Positions 13,036 through 26,900 of a stretch of DNA of 64,000 bases are shown in pieces. The stretch's first letter is position 1; the number at the start of each line of letters is the position of its first letter. This stretch comes from Felis catus. Its lineage: Eukaryota. The stretch is taken from NCBI RefSeq assembly GCF_018350175.1, contig NC_058368.1, forward strand, positions 198,464,001-198,528,000, given 5' to 3'. A program made the translations under genes and the position numbers. A model generated the notes under the pieces. That model had not been told where the DNA came from, ran no database searches, and saw only the letters and a list, made by a program, of their open reading frames with translations.

Positions 13036-14299
13036 AGAAAATGTGCTCAAGTATTAGAAAATCATAACTCTGCACTCAGGGAAGTAGATACAGCCACACA
13101 TTTTTAAAAGAGTTCTCTGGAAAATGGAGACTATTCATAATTTAGTTTACACAATCATTTTTATAACCATCAACTATTTCTATTTCCTTGTGCGTTTGTA
13201 AAAACACATCATTCCGGGACGCTAAATAGCTCCACACGACCGTATCTTCACACTTCTTCCTTTGGCCTGTGAGGCCTGATGTGGTGGCCTGGCCCTTGCT
13301 TCTCTTTCCATTGCTCTCTTCAACTAGAGTGAAACCACAGCGGTTTCTTTGCTATTTCTGGAACAAGCCAAGCACATTTGTGCCTCAGATTTATTTCTTT
13401 AGAGCAGTTTTAGGTTCATAGCAAAATTGAGCAGAAGGCACAAGAGATTTTCCATATAGCCCCTCCTCACTGTCAACATCTCCAATCAGAGAGGTGCATT
13501 GGTTTCCATCGATAAACCCACACTACCACACCTTTATCCCTCAAACCCCATAGTTTACGTTAGGATTCACTCTCGGTGTTGTATATTTTATGGGCTTGGA
13601 CAAATGTATAATGACATGTATCCACATCTATGATTGTAGTAGCGTACAGAGTAGTTTCACTGCCCTAAAAATCCTCTGTGCTCTGCCTGTTCATCTCTGC
13701 TTCCCTCCTAACCCCTGGCAAACACTGATCCTTTTAATGTCTCCATAGTTTTGCCTTTTCCAGGGTGTTATACAGTTGGAATCATACAGTATGCAGCCTT
13801 TGTAGATGGGCTGCTTTCACTTGGTAATATGCATTTAAGCTTCCTCCATGTATTTTCATAGCTTGATAGCTCATTTATTCTTAGCCCTAATAATATTCCA
13901 TTGTCTGTATGTATCACAGTTTATTTATTATTTGTCTAACTGAACAATATCTTGGTTGTTCCTAGAATGGGGCAATTATGAATAAGCTGCTATAAACACT
14001 CCAGTGCAGGTTTTTGTGTGGATATAAGTTTTAAACTCCTTTGGGTAAATGTCAAGGAATACAATTACTGGATTGCATGGTAAGAGTATGTTTAGTTTTG
14101 TAAGAAACTGCCAACTTCCAAAGTGACTGTACCATTTTGCATTACCACCAGCAATGGATCAGAATGCCTTGTCAGCATTCGGTATTGTCAGTGTTCTGGA
14201 TTTTGGCTATTCTGATAAGTGCGTAGTGGCACCTCATTTTAATTTGCATTTCCCTGATGACATATGATGTAGGACATCTTATTTGCCATCCGTATATCT

Positions 14300-14364
14300 T
14301 TTTTATGATTAATTTTTTTAATTTTAGAGAGAGAGTGTGTGTGTGTGAATGGGGGAGGAGAGCA

Positions 14365-14408
<44 letters not shown>

Positions 14409-14531
14409 CTTAAACAGGTTCCACGTTCAGCACGGAACCAGATGCGGGGCTTGATCGCCCTACCATGAGATCACGACCTGAGCTGAAATCAAGAGTCAGT
14501 CACTAAACTGACTGAGCCACCCAGGTGTCCC
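14300..14531 (-). mobile_element. Can-SINE nested in the L1
   Basis: Ends in ctgagccacccaggtgtccc; (GA)n body. Confidence 0.88.
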
Positions 14532-15186
14532 TGTATGTCTTCCTCAGTGAGGTAGTCTGTTAAGATTTTTGGCCCATTTTTAAATTGAGTTGTTTGCTTC
14601 CTTATTATTGACTTTTAAGAATATTTTGTACATTTTGGAAAAAAAAGAAATTGTGTACATTTTGGAAAATAATCCTTTATCAGATGTCTTTTGTAAATAT
14701 TGCTGTCAGTCTGTGACTTGTCTTCTCATTCTCTTGATGTTGTCTTTTACAAAGCAGAAGTTTTTAATTTTAATGTAGTCCAGCTTATCAATTATTTATT
14801 TCATGGATAGTGCTTTGGAATTATAACTAAAAAGTCATTGCCATACCCAACATCATTTAGGTTTTCTTGTTACCTTCTAGGAGTTTTATAGTTTTGCATT
14901 TCATATTGAAGTCTCTGATCCATTTTGAGTTAATTTTTGTGGAAGGTATTAGGTCTGTGTCTAGACTGATTGATTGATTTTTGCATGCAGATGCCCAGCT
15001 GCTCCAGCACCATTTGTCAAAAAGACTATCTGTGCCTCTTTTGTTGCCTTTCCTCCTTTGTCAAAGATCAGTTGACTATATTTGTGTGAATCTATTTCCG
15101 GGCTCTATATTCTGTCCCATTGATCCCTCTATTTTTCCACCGGTACCACACTGTCTTGATTACTTCAGCGTTAGAGTTAAGACTTA

Positions 15187-15395
15187 CAGGTGCCTGGGTG
15201 GCTCAGTCGGTTAAGCGTCCGACTCTTGGTTTTGGCTCAGATCATGATCTCACATTTTGGAAGTTCAAGCCCCATATCAGGCTCCGAGCTGACAGTGTGG
15301 AGCCTGCTTGGGATTCTCTCTCTCCCTCTCTTTCTGTCCCTCCCCTGCTCACTCTCTCTGTCTGTCTCAGAATGAATAAATTTTTAAAAAATTAC
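15187..15395 (+). mobile_element. Can-SINE nested in the L1
   Basis: GGTGCCTGGGTGGCTCAGTCGGTTAAGCG head; imperfect TSD agagt(t)aagactta. Confidence 0.9.
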
Positions 15396-16229
15396 AGAGT
15401 AAGACTTAAAATTGAGTAGTGTCAGCCCTCTTTGTTCTTCTACGTCAGTATTGTCTTGGCCATTCTGGGTCTCTTGCCTCTCCAGGTAAACCTTATAATC
15501 AGTTTGTTGATAGCTACAAAATAATGCTGGGATTTTGATTGGGATCACATTGAATCTACAGATCAAGTTGGAAGGAGCTGACATCTTGAATCTTCCTATC
15601 CAAGTACTTGGAATATCTCTCCTTTTACTTAGTGCTTTGATTTCTTTCGTCAGAGTTTTGGTTTCTCCTCATATAGATCTTTTACATATTTTGTCAGATT
15701 TATACCGAAGTGTTTCATTTTCAGAGGGTGCTAAGGTGAGTGGTATTGTGCTTTTAATTCCACTTGTTCATTGCTAGTATGTGTAGGAAAACAATTGGCT
15801 TCTGTATATTAACTGTGCATCCTGCAACCTTGCTGTAATCACTTTTGAGCTCTAGGGGTGGGAGGAGGGTTTAGTTGATTCTCTTGGGGATTTCTACATA
15901 GCCAATCATGTCATCCGCACACAAAGAGAGTTTTATTTCTTCCCAATGTGTATGCCTTTTATTTCTTGGTTTTCTTTATTGCATTAGCTAGGACTTCCAA
16001 TATAATGTCGAAAAGCATTGATTCCATTTTCTCTGCTTTCTTACATATCAGTTAAACTTCTTTTTTAGTAGTTGGCCTAGAGTTTGCAATACGCATTACA
16101 AGTAATCCAAGCCTGCTTTCAGTTAACACTATACTGCTTCACAGGTAGTGTGAGTACCCTCTAATAACAAAATAATACAAATTCTTCTGGCCCCTTGTAG
16201 CACTGATATCATTTATTTTATGTATAAAA

Positions 16230-16440
16230 TATGTATAAGCACACATAAGTGTGTGTGTGTGTATATACATATATACATATTTATTTATATCATTTTATGT
16301 ATGTATAAGCACACATAAGTGTGTGTGTATATGTATATATGTATACATATATATGTATGTATATATATGTATATATATGTATATATATGTGTATATATAC
16401 ATATACACACACACATATATACACACTCATAAACATACAT
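16230..16440. repeat. Compound (TG)/(TA)/(CA) microsatellite
   Basis: Directly visible; includes a duplicated tgtataagcacacataagtgtgtgtgt unit. Confidence 0.9.
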
Positions 16441-19363
16441 AGTTGAATAAAGCACTGCTTACTATTTTGAGCAGTTATTTGTTAGATCAATTAAGAAAAA
16501 TAGGAGATTTTATTTTACCTTTACTTATTCCTTCTCCAGTGTTCTCCCTTTCTTTAAGTAGATCTGAGTTTCTAATCTATTAACCATTTTCCCTCTCCCT
16601 GAAGAACTTCTAACATTTCTTGCAAAGCAAATCTACTGGCAACAAATTCTTTCCATTTTTATTTGTCTAAGAAAGTCTTAATTTCTCATGGCACAGAATT
16701 CTAAATTGGCAGCTCTTTTTCTCAACATTTTACATATTTGACTCCACTCTCCTCTTGCTTGCATCGTTTCTGAGGAGAAGTGAGATGTAGTTCTGATTTT
16801 TGCTCCTCTATAGGTAAGATATTTTTTCCTTTGATTTCTTCTACGATTTTTTTCTTACTCTTTCATTTTCTGTAGTTTAAAATTATGTGCCTAGCCGTAG
16901 GGTTTTTTTTTTTTTTTGTTTTTTTTTTTGGTATTTGTCTTCTCTGGTGTTCTTTGAATTTCCTGGATCTATTGTTTGGTATCTGACATTAATTTGAAGA
17001 AATTGTCACTTGTTGTTTTAAATAATTCTTCTGTTTTCTTCTTTCTACTCTCCTGTTATTCCTATTACTTGTATGTTACATTTTTTGTAGTTGTCCCAAA
17101 GTTCTTGGATATTCTATGCTGGTTATCTTTTTTTAGCCTTTTTTTTTTTTCTGTATACTTTTCAGTTTTGGAGGTTTCTATTGATATATCCTCAAGCTCA
17201 GAGATTCTTTCCTCAGTCATGTCCATCTACTACAAGCCCATCGAAACATGCTTCATTTCTGTTACAGTGATCTCTAGCATTTCTTTTTGGGTCTTTCTTA
17301 GAATTTCCACCTCTCTGTTTACATTGCATTTATTCTTGCATGTTGTCTACTTTATTCATTAGAGCCCTTAGCATATTAATCACAGTTGCTTTAAATTCCT
17401 GATCTGGTAATTCCAACATCCCTGACATACATGAATCTGGTTGTGATACTTGCTCTCTCTTCCACCTGTGTCTTTGGGGTTTGTTTGTTTTGTTTGTTGT
17501 TGTTGTTTGTTTGACTTTATTTTTTGGCCTTTTAGTATGCCTTGTAATATTTTCCTCATAGCCAGGCATATTTTGCTAGGTAAGAGGAACTTTTGTAAAT
17601 AGGCCTTTTATTATGTGTGGTAAGGTACAGTGGGGAAGGGAAGCATTTTATGGTGATTGTTGGGCCTTTAGTGAGCCTCTGCCTCTGGACTGTGAACTTC
17701 ACGTGTACTTTTCAGGGCTTTTTTTTTTTTTTTTTCCTCTTCCATTAAGTGGGACAGGGTGGTTAGAGTGTGCTGGAGTTGGATATTTCCTTTCCTCTAG
17801 ATCAATTAGGCCCTAATAAAATCCCAGCAGGTTGGGCTCAGGTTAAATAGTTTCTCCTGAGGTCGCACCTTGTTAGAAGAACACAATGCTCTAGCATGTT
17901 TAAAAATGGTTTCTTTTCCCCTTCCCCTGCCAGAAGCAGTAGAGGAGTTTTCTCCAGTATTCACCTGGAGGACCTGGTAGAGATCCAGGAGGTAAAACTC
18001 ACAAAAATGTGGGGACTCTCTAATGGCTGGGTCTCCCCGGAGTTTTTAACTCTGAGTTGTCCGCACGGGTCCTCCAGTAATTCATCAATTACAGTTCAGA
18101 TGTTCCCACCCCAACACTGTTTCCTACAGAGGCTTCTGCTCTGCCAAGGTGTGATTCTCTATATTCATCTGTTGGTCTCTCCAATATGGATGTAGTGGTT
18201 TGTGCTGTAACTTCACTTCTCTTCTGAATCTAAGAATATTTGATTTTTTCCAGTTTGTTCGTCTTTTTACTTCTCCTGAGAATGGAGTAACAACTTCTAA
18301 GCTTCTTACATGTCAGACCAGACACCAGAACTTGCCTCAGGTTTTGTCCTTGATGTTTTTTGTTTGTTTGCTTGCTTTTTCTGTCTGGAATCCTTTTCCC
18401 CCTGAGATCCACCACGCTGCATTTTCACTTTATTCAGAATCATTGTAGCTCCTCTATCCCTCCTTTCTTCTTCTGCCTTGGAGAACCCAGAATAAGGTGG
18501 AGACGGCCTAGGTCCCTGAGTGACCGACACCAATCAGACTTTCTGAGAAGAGAAACCTTTGTTGGTTCAGCCACTGAGATTGCATGATTTGTTTATTGAT
18601 GCAACTGGCTTTAATTATCCTAACTAATACTTGCTCTCTCCCTTCCACCCCCCAGCCATCATTCCCTGCTTCTTTTCTGTGTAGCACTTACTACCTACCG
18701 TAAACACATCTATATAGTAATTGTCTCCCTTGTTGGGATGCAAACCTTTGCAGAGCAGGAAGTTTGTCCCAGGCACTGACGATACGGCAATGAGTAAAAC
18801 AGACATGGTAGGCAATTAACAAATACTTCTTCAGTGACTTTCCTCCCTGGAGGTCCGCTCTTCTCAGTAACTCTTCATGTATCTGGGTCTGTTTGCCTCT
18901 GCCCCTCTGTGTCCAGCTGTAAGGAAATGCTTCTAAAGCAATTAAATGACACTTCTCGTTACGTTAGCAATCTTAAAGCTAGCTCAACAATCCAGAACAA
19001 TACTCCAGATTTTCTGAGATTTCTGGGAATTTCACCACTGGTTGATTTATATTTGCATTTGGCTCTTTGTATAGTATTACAAATTACACTGTATTTATAT
19101 TTACTTGAAAGTTTTTTGTATAATATACCAAACATTATACAAATATATACATAGGATTTCATAAGAACATTCACCTCTTAAAATCTTATTTCCTGCTGTA
19201 TTTTCACTGCAACTCTTCCATGGACAGAGCAGGTATTATCATCTCTAGTGTCACAGGGCAGGAAATCCAACTGCAGAGGGAGCTCAGCTGAGATCACGTG
19301 GCTGGGAAGCAGGCCAGTGACTACTTAGCTGTCCTGAGAACTTTCATTGTCTGAGTCATAGGT

Positions 19364-19377
19364 CTGCCCCCTGCTGG
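19364..19377 (-). promoter_or_regulatory. Candidate CTCF site
   Basis: Reverse complement CCAGCAGGGGGCAG matches the CTCF core; AP-1 TGAGTCA at 19352-19358. Confidence 0.55.
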
Positions 19378-19606
19378 CTCTGTAAAACTGTTATTATTAA
19401 AGAGTATTGGCTGCTTGCTGGAAGCTTTGTAGCTGAGAATTAATAGAAGGCCTGGATTCAAAGAAAGCACCGTGTCTGAAAGGAAGGCTACTTACTGTAC
19501 TTCTGTGTCTACTTGGTTTCACAAGGATTAAAACTCTTTGAGGACAGGGATTTTGTCTTCTTTATGCAGTACTGTATGCCCAGCATAGTAAATCAAATAA
19601 ATGTTA

Positions 19607-19830
19607 GGGGCACCTGGGTGGCTCAGTTGGTTAAGGGTCTGACTCTTGATTTTCGCTCAGGTCACGATCTAATGGTCCATGAGATCAAGCCCAGAGTTGG
19701 TTCCTGTGCTGGCAGCACAGAGCCTGGTTGGGATTCTCTCTCTCTCCCTTGCTCTCTTCCCCTTCTCCACTCAGGCTCGTGCCCTCTCTCTCTCTCCCTC
19801 TCTCTCCCAAAGTAAACATTAAAAAATGTT
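19607..19830 (+). mobile_element. Can-SINE
   Basis: GGGGCACCTGGGTGGCTCAGTTGGTTAAG head, (CT)n, A-rich tail. Confidence 0.9.
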
Positions 19831-22800
19831 TTAAATCCAATAAATATTTCTCAACTGAATGAATAAATGAATGAACAAATGAACCTTTCTCAACCTTAGT
19901 TTCTTAGTCTGAAAAATGGGAGTAAAAAAAATCACTTCATGTGATCTTAACTGGATTTAATGAAATAAGTCCATATTATGTTCATAAGTTCACACAATGC
20001 ACATGGTATAAAATTAATTTTAATATAATTTAAAGTATGGTCTAATGATTAAAATTAATTTATTAAATGGTGTGATTCATTGTTGAGGTGACTTGGACAT
20101 ATTTTCACATTTGGATTTTATGATGTTCATTTCTGTAGGGATATGTATAGCTGAGACTGTACCCCAAGTCTCTAAAAATTTATCTACTACTATTAAAGAA
20201 ATCCCTCATTTTTCAATACTGGACCTCTTTCACAGAGCTCATTCCTACTCCAAAATCAGACTAAGGACCTGATCCAATATTCATTACTTGACAGCCCCTT
20301 TTATAAATTGTCCTCTTTCCTCAAATATGTTTCCTAGATTAACTCAGCTAGTGGCTAATGAGCATGTTCTTGTAGATCTTTTCTGTCCCCCCTTTTGAAT
20401 TGTGGCCTGTTTTTCTTCCCATCATCAATATATATGCAATGTCATAGTTTGTAAGTCTGCTTTTCTTAATGTTTTATACCAGGAGTCACAAATTGCCAAG
20501 CCACTGCCTGAATATGGCTCAGTGTTTAGTTTAAAATGTGGGAGACTTCTCACTCATTAAAAAATAGGGATTTCTGGCTCCTTTTGGAGAAAGAAGTCAG
20601 AAGATCTGGCTACACTGGGCCAGTATTTCTGCATAGCAGTTGTAGCTGATCCCCTTTCGACACAGCTATTATTGCTAATTCACCACAGTCCCCACTCTCT
20701 TTGCTGTCTCATACCCAGGACTGTCTCCCGTCTCAGCCCCTATACACCTAGAAGAGTTTGTCCCTCACACATTTTCCAGGGTGAGAATGATCACCCCAGT
20801 GGCATCACCATGGATAATTCAGATCTCTGTCTGCCATAGCCCTCTTGTAAGCTCCATACTCATTTCCAAATATGTTCTGGACATTTCCTACAGAATATCT
20901 GCCAGTCTGTTCTTCCTTCTTTGCTAGCTTCCTTCCATCAAGCAAATAGGCACCAGGGTATAAAGAAGATCCTGCTTTATCCCTCATGGAGCTGGTTGGT
21001 GAAATTGGCGCTCATGGAAACTACATGCTGTGTGCTATGGTTAGGGTGTATACAGGAAATTATGGAACTTAGCAGACCAGGGAGGTGGGGTAGTAGTCAG
21101 GGAAGGCTTTCTGAAGCAAATGGAAACTAATTTGATTAACTGAAGCTAAAGTGGGATGGGAGAAAGGTAGAGGATGACATTTTTTCCCAGGAGGGTTGAC
21201 AGAAACCAGACACGTAAGAGCCCATTCTGCCTCATTCATTTACTGTACCAATATTTGAGTGCTATGTGTGAGCCACTCACTGTGTTAGTGGTAACCAAGA
21301 CTGAAATGGTCGCATGGAACTTAGACTTGAGAGGAGTCAGAAACCAAGTAGATGGAGGGCCATTGGCTGAGATGAGACATCCGTGAGAGCCAGGGAAGAT
21401 GAGAGCAGTTTTGGATGTTGAGTTTGAAGTGCCTGTGCCCTGATGGAAATGTCCTAGGCAGTTGCACAAAAGTCTGGAACCCAGAGAAAGATTGAGGCAG
21501 ACATGGAGTTAGAAGTTAGTCCATAGGTGGTAACTGAGGGGCTGTGAAATAGAAAATAGAGTGAAAGAGCATAGACACGAGATAGGAACAGTGAACCGAC
21601 AACAGATAGCCTCTCTCAGTCATTCCTTTTCCTCTGCAAGCCTGAGAAGGAAGGATCACATAGGTAAAAAGGAATGTAGGAAGGCGATGTATTAGAAAAT
21701 AAGAGAAAAGCATTTCAAGGAAGAGAGGGAAAAAGTCATATCAGAAAAAAAAAAATGAAGACCATCCATTTGGATTTCACCAAAGAGATCGTTCATCAGA
21801 CTCCCAGTGTCCCATCCCTGCTGGCTGACCCCAGATGTGCTGCCTCTTGTGTTTTTCCCTCTGATATTGTTAGCGTGCAGAGATGCTCCCACAGAGGAAA
21901 CTTCAGTTGCCCCTGACTGCTACCGTTCCTTCATCTTCCACCTGTACCCTGAATTTAGCCCCCCTTCATCCATTCTACTACCACCCAAGTTTCGGCTGCA
22001 TTTCTTACTGTAATGGATTGTTGCAAACGTCCTCTGAAATGCTCTGGTATTACTATTCACTTTAGCCATACTAGCTTTCCCATCATTTCCTCAACAGGTT
22101 ACATGTGCATCGAGATTTGGGCCTTTCACATAGGCTCTTTCCTCTGCCTGGAGTACCCACTTTTCTTCCTGTGTGGGCAAAACTAGTCATCCTTCAAACT
22201 CCTGTTCCTCTTCTCCCAAGAAGCTTCCCCTGGCAGAATAACTTATCCCTTCCCTTGAGTTCACAGAGCATTCTGTTCATACCTGTTTTGTGGCATCTGT
22301 ACCAGTGTGTTACTTATTCATTACCAATCTGTCCATCTGCCCCATTTACATGAGTTTCAGGGTGAACACTCCAAGAGTTTGAGGTGATGGTTTTCACAGA
22401 CTGGCATTATCCTGGGTTCATAACTATTTCCCAGTGGCTGTCCTAATGGCAGGAATACAGGAGATACTCAAATATTTCATGTTGGAAGTAATAAGATGTG
22501 TAGTAGCTGTAGGAAATATAAACATGAACAGTAGCCAACTTTAGGAGAAGAATTGAAGGATGTGTTTCCAGATAAACATGGTAATTTTTAGTTCCTAGAT
22601 GTGGCAGTGGAAAGAATCTGCTGGGTTTTTTTCCTTTAGTTAAAAAAAAAAAAAAAGTCATTTGTAAAGTTAAAATGTAGGAGATTAGGAAGAGGGGCGG
22701 GAAGGGAAGCATTCTGTTACTCCAGGGAAAGAAGCTAGTGCTCTGAGAGAACCCTTACTTCCCTTATTGCTGATAATGCTGGCTCTCTCTGCAGCAGCTG

Positions 22801-22919
22801 TGCCTGTCTTTCTCTGATTAATTCTAATGAGACCTTTATCTCATTAACATATCAGAACTCCATTCATTCACCTTGCCTGGAGGTCAGAGATTACAGCAGC
22901 ATCTAAAATTCAAAGAAGT

Positions 22920-23133
22920 GGGGGCACCTGGGTGGCTCGGTCAGTTAAGCCTCCAACGTAGGCTCAGGTCATGATCTCAAGGTTCTCAAGCCCCGCGTTG
23001 GGCTCTGTGCCGAAAGCTCTCGGAGCCTGGAGCCGGTTTCTGATTCTGTGTTTCCCTCACTCTCTGCCCCTCCCCTTCCCTCTCTCTCAAAAATGAATAA
23101 AAATATTTTAAAAATAAGTCATTAAAAATAAAA
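22920..23133 (+). mobile_element. Can-SINE
   Basis: Full head and tail; TSD TAAAATTCAAAGAAGT at 22904-22919 and 23134-23149. Confidence 0.93.
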
Positions 23134-23463
23134 TAAAATTCAAAGAAGTAAATCAACAAGCAAACCTAAAAGAATTACAAAAAAAAAAAAAACCTAAGTG
23201 AAATTTTACTAAATATTGATTTTCACAGTATAGTGACAACTCCTCAAAGACACCTATCAAAACATACTAGTGTCTAAGACAGGGAGTGACTTGGAAGAGA
23301 AATAATATGTACATAATAGAACATTTATCACACTAAGAACTTAATCAACATAGCAATTTAGGAGAGTATTGCTAATTACAAATTAGATTTCTGTAAGGAT
23401 AATCTAGCAATCTAATCTACATGGGCTGGGTAGAAAGTAGACCTATTATTTAAACATGAGAGA

Positions 23464-23822
23464 GGGGTACCTAGGTGACTCAGTGGGTTAGGTGTCCAAT
23501 TCTTTTTTTTTATTTTAATTTTTTAATGTTTATTTATTTTTGAGAGAGAGAGAATATGGGAGAGGAGCAGAGAGAGAGGGTAGCACAGAATCTGAAGCAG
23601 GTTCCAGGCTCTGAGCTGTCAGAACAGAGCCCAACGCGGGGCTCAAACCCATGAACCGGGAGACCATGACCCAAGCTAAAGTTGGATGCCCAACCAACTA
23701 AGCCACCCAGGCACCCCAGACGTCCAACTCTTAATTTCCTATCAGGTCATGATCTAACTGTTCGGTTCGTGAGTTCAAGACCTGTGTGGGGCTCTGAGCT
23801 GACAGCTTGGAGCCTGCTTGGG

Positions 23823-23868
<46 letters not shown>

Positions 23869-23925
23869 CTCTACCCCCACCCCACTTGCACACACTCTCT
23901 CAAAAATAAATAAACATTAAAAAAG
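23464..23925 (+). mobile_element. Can-SINE (+) interrupted by a second Can-SINE (-) at about 23504-23717
   Basis: The outer head resumes after the inner element; inner TSD gtccaa[t/c]tctt; outer TSD taaacat[g/a]agaga. Confidence 0.9.
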
Positions 23926-26900
23926 TAAACATAAGAGATCGATGCTTCAATATGAGCTATAGATAACATTTTAATTAAGAAGTCATCAATTCAAATGCCT
24001 GCATGGGACAGGCAAGTCATGTAAACAGGCCCAGTGGAGGGGTCCAGAGGGGTGGGGAGTCGGGGGCCTGTAGTGACCTGAGGAGAGTGCACCTCATCTA
24101 AAGAGGACAAAGACTCGTCCCCTGCCCCTTGGTGACATGCCAGAATACAGGCCCTATATTGCCATATGGCTTGATTTTTCTAAGAAGCAACTAATCTTCA
24201 TTTGTATGTAAAAATGTCCTGATTTTTAAAATATTGTGTGAGTCAAATGACATGTGTCTGAAGGCAACATTTGCACTATTGGCTTCCAGTTTGCAACACT
24301 GATTTTGAAAGTCCAAGTTACTTCTTACCTGCCTTAATCCTTGCTGGAGAAAACAGCTGAGCCCTGAGAAGTGATGCTGTGTTGCATGAACTGTATTTCT
24401 CCTGGAAATGCTTTAAGATCTTCAAGGAGGCCAGACCACAGCACAACAGACATCTGGAGGAGAAATGCCCATTTCCATTCAAGGTAGTATAATTGATTTT
24501 CCCCAGAGCAGCTTTGGACCAGCTCCTCCTTTGGAGAAAATTTCTGCTCCCTTAAAATGACAAATGTCATTTAAATGTCCCCTGTCAATAAGAGAAGACA
24601 GGCTGCTTAGCACTAAACATTTTCCCCATCCCATTCTATGCACATTGACCCAGCTGAGAGAACATGTTTATAAAAATCAGAGGGGGGAGGGGTGTAGCAG
24701 AATGGATCAGATGCCTTTTCAGTGGCAGAGACAATACTGACATCAACAAATTTGCTTAAAGATCTACAGAGCCACTAAATGCCATTATGTCTAACCTGAC
24801 TCAGAACTATACCTAGAGAAGAATTTTAAAAGGAAAAAGCATATATTAGATTCATTTAGTCTAGGGTACTACACACATACACTTACATCGAAGATACTGG
24901 TTTTATAGCGGATAAATAAAAAAAAATAAGATTCAGGTAAATAAAATATTTTAAGTGAACAAGGACAGTTTTCTTTTTAGGAAATCTTGTGAATGAATTC
25001 TATAGGAAAGAGTCCTTTTAATATATGAAATAGGATATGTAGAGGGTCTTTATAAATTTATATTCATATATAAATTTATACAAATTCTATAAATTCATGT
25101 TTCTATATTAAATATCTGGAGATGAGTCTGGTGGCTAAATCAGGCATGCAGAAAAATTACCAACCTGAAATATTTTTTTAAACAGCATTGTTATCCTGGG
25201 AAGCACATAAGAGGCTTAAGCTTCATGCCTTGATGCAACGAGGCAGGACGGGTTGGGAGCCGGCAGAAGACATAGCACCGTGTCATTTCTGTGTCTAGAA
25301 GGAAAGGATATTTGCACTGCCAGGTGGACTGTTAAAGCTGAACTCTCAGGAGCAAGAGACTAGCCCCAGTGAGCTAGTCAGGCTTTCCTGTACCCCAGCG
25401 GACTCTCAGGGGACCCAGCTTCAATGGTAAGCCAAACTCCTACTGGGAGGAAAAGGGGGGCACAGACCTGCCTAACTAAACTGCAGTTTTTCTTTTTAGA
25501 GGAATCCAAAGAACTCCTGTTTGTGCATTGCCTGTTTGTGCTGTTTATTGGAATCTGGGCTTCTATAAATTTTAAGCCAAGGGGATCAGCAAATTGAAGT
25601 GTGGTCTGGATCTGAAGTTTTTTAAGTGCAAGTACTTGGAGGAGCTGCTTGCTGGGGGGAGCACTGAGAAGGGCAACTCAGGCACAGCATTTGTCCTTCA
25701 TTCAACCCTCAACTGGTTCTAATGAGAACCTATGATAGAAAAGAATCTCCATCTCTGGCTCCGACTGGTCTATAAATACTTTTCTGGTCTTCATGGAGGG
25801 GCAAGGTATAGGGAGAGAAGAAAGTTGCAATAATACCAACCTCAGCGGTTAGTATGACTTGACTGAAAACTTTCAGGATATTTCTGTTGATTTTTTCCCC
25901 TGTGTTCAGAGAGTCTTGAGAACTGGCCATGCTTAGTTCACCAACAATTTAACAAATATTTCTTGATCACTTAAATGTGCCTGTACCAGAGATAAAAATA
26001 TTAAGAAATCATAGAAGCCTATGGGGATGGGGACAAGGAGAGTTAATGTGGAGAGAAATAGACACAAACAGATCATCTGATCATTTCAGTACAGTGTGTT
26101 AGTCAAATGCACATATGTGTAGATATATATGCAAGTGCATATGTTAATATAGACAAATATATATGTGTATACTTATATGTGGGTATGTGTGTGTGTGTGT
26201 GTGTACATATAAAATACCAGGTGCTAATTTTATGTAAGTCACTGTGTTAATTATATTACAAACATTATCATACTTAATATTCACCCAGAAAGGTTGTTTT
26301 GAGAATTGTCATTCCCAAATTATAAAGGAGGAGAATGATTTTCCCAAGGTCAAAAAGCTGGTAAGTGCAGGTCGGCCTGGTGCCAAGTCTCGGTTTCTGG
26401 CCACCACTCTGAGCTTCCTCTCATCTGAAGGAGACAGAAGAGTAGAGGTGATGGCTGAGGTTTTGTTTTTTCTTTCGTTTTTGGTGTATGTCTTTTGCAT
26501 AGGTATCAAATTCACAGGACTCAAAACTGAACAACATCGAGTGTAAAGTAAGTCTTGCTCCCATACCGACTCTCCCATACTCTCTACTCCCAACCCTCTT
26601 CACTATCCCTATCCAAAAACAAAAACTTTTGTAGTACCTTGCTGTTATTCAAGAGTTCCCTTACACAAACATGTTTATCCCTCCTCCTTCATTACACAGA
26701 TAGGCACACTATACACATTGCTCTGCCCCTTGTTTTTTAAATTTAATGATGTATCTTAGAACTACTTCCGCGTCGGAGTTTAGTATCCTCATTCTTTCTT
26801 ACAGCACCATAACATCACATTATATGGATGTACCGTAATTTATTGAAATGTCCCATTCCCCATTTGATAGACGTTCCTGGGTACAATCTTGACCATGCTA

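Larger units (their letters stand above)
13389..18332 (-). mobile_element. Old L1 (L1MB-like) with 3' UTR, ORF2 C-terminus, ORF1 remnant and 5' end, inserted in an L2
   Basis: Reverse 3' UTR (tagagcagttttaggttcatagcaaaattgagcag) at about 13400; ORF2-like ctaggacttcca (EVLA) at about 15990; ORF1-like peptide MLELPDQEFKATVINMLRALMNKVDNMQE at 17330-17440; TGCCTCAG at both ends. Confidence 0.85.

Noticed and set aside
24325..24570. Possible minus-strand exon (donor CAG|GTAAGA near 24329) and 78-aa ORF
   Set aside because: No recognisable homology or convincing partner exon.
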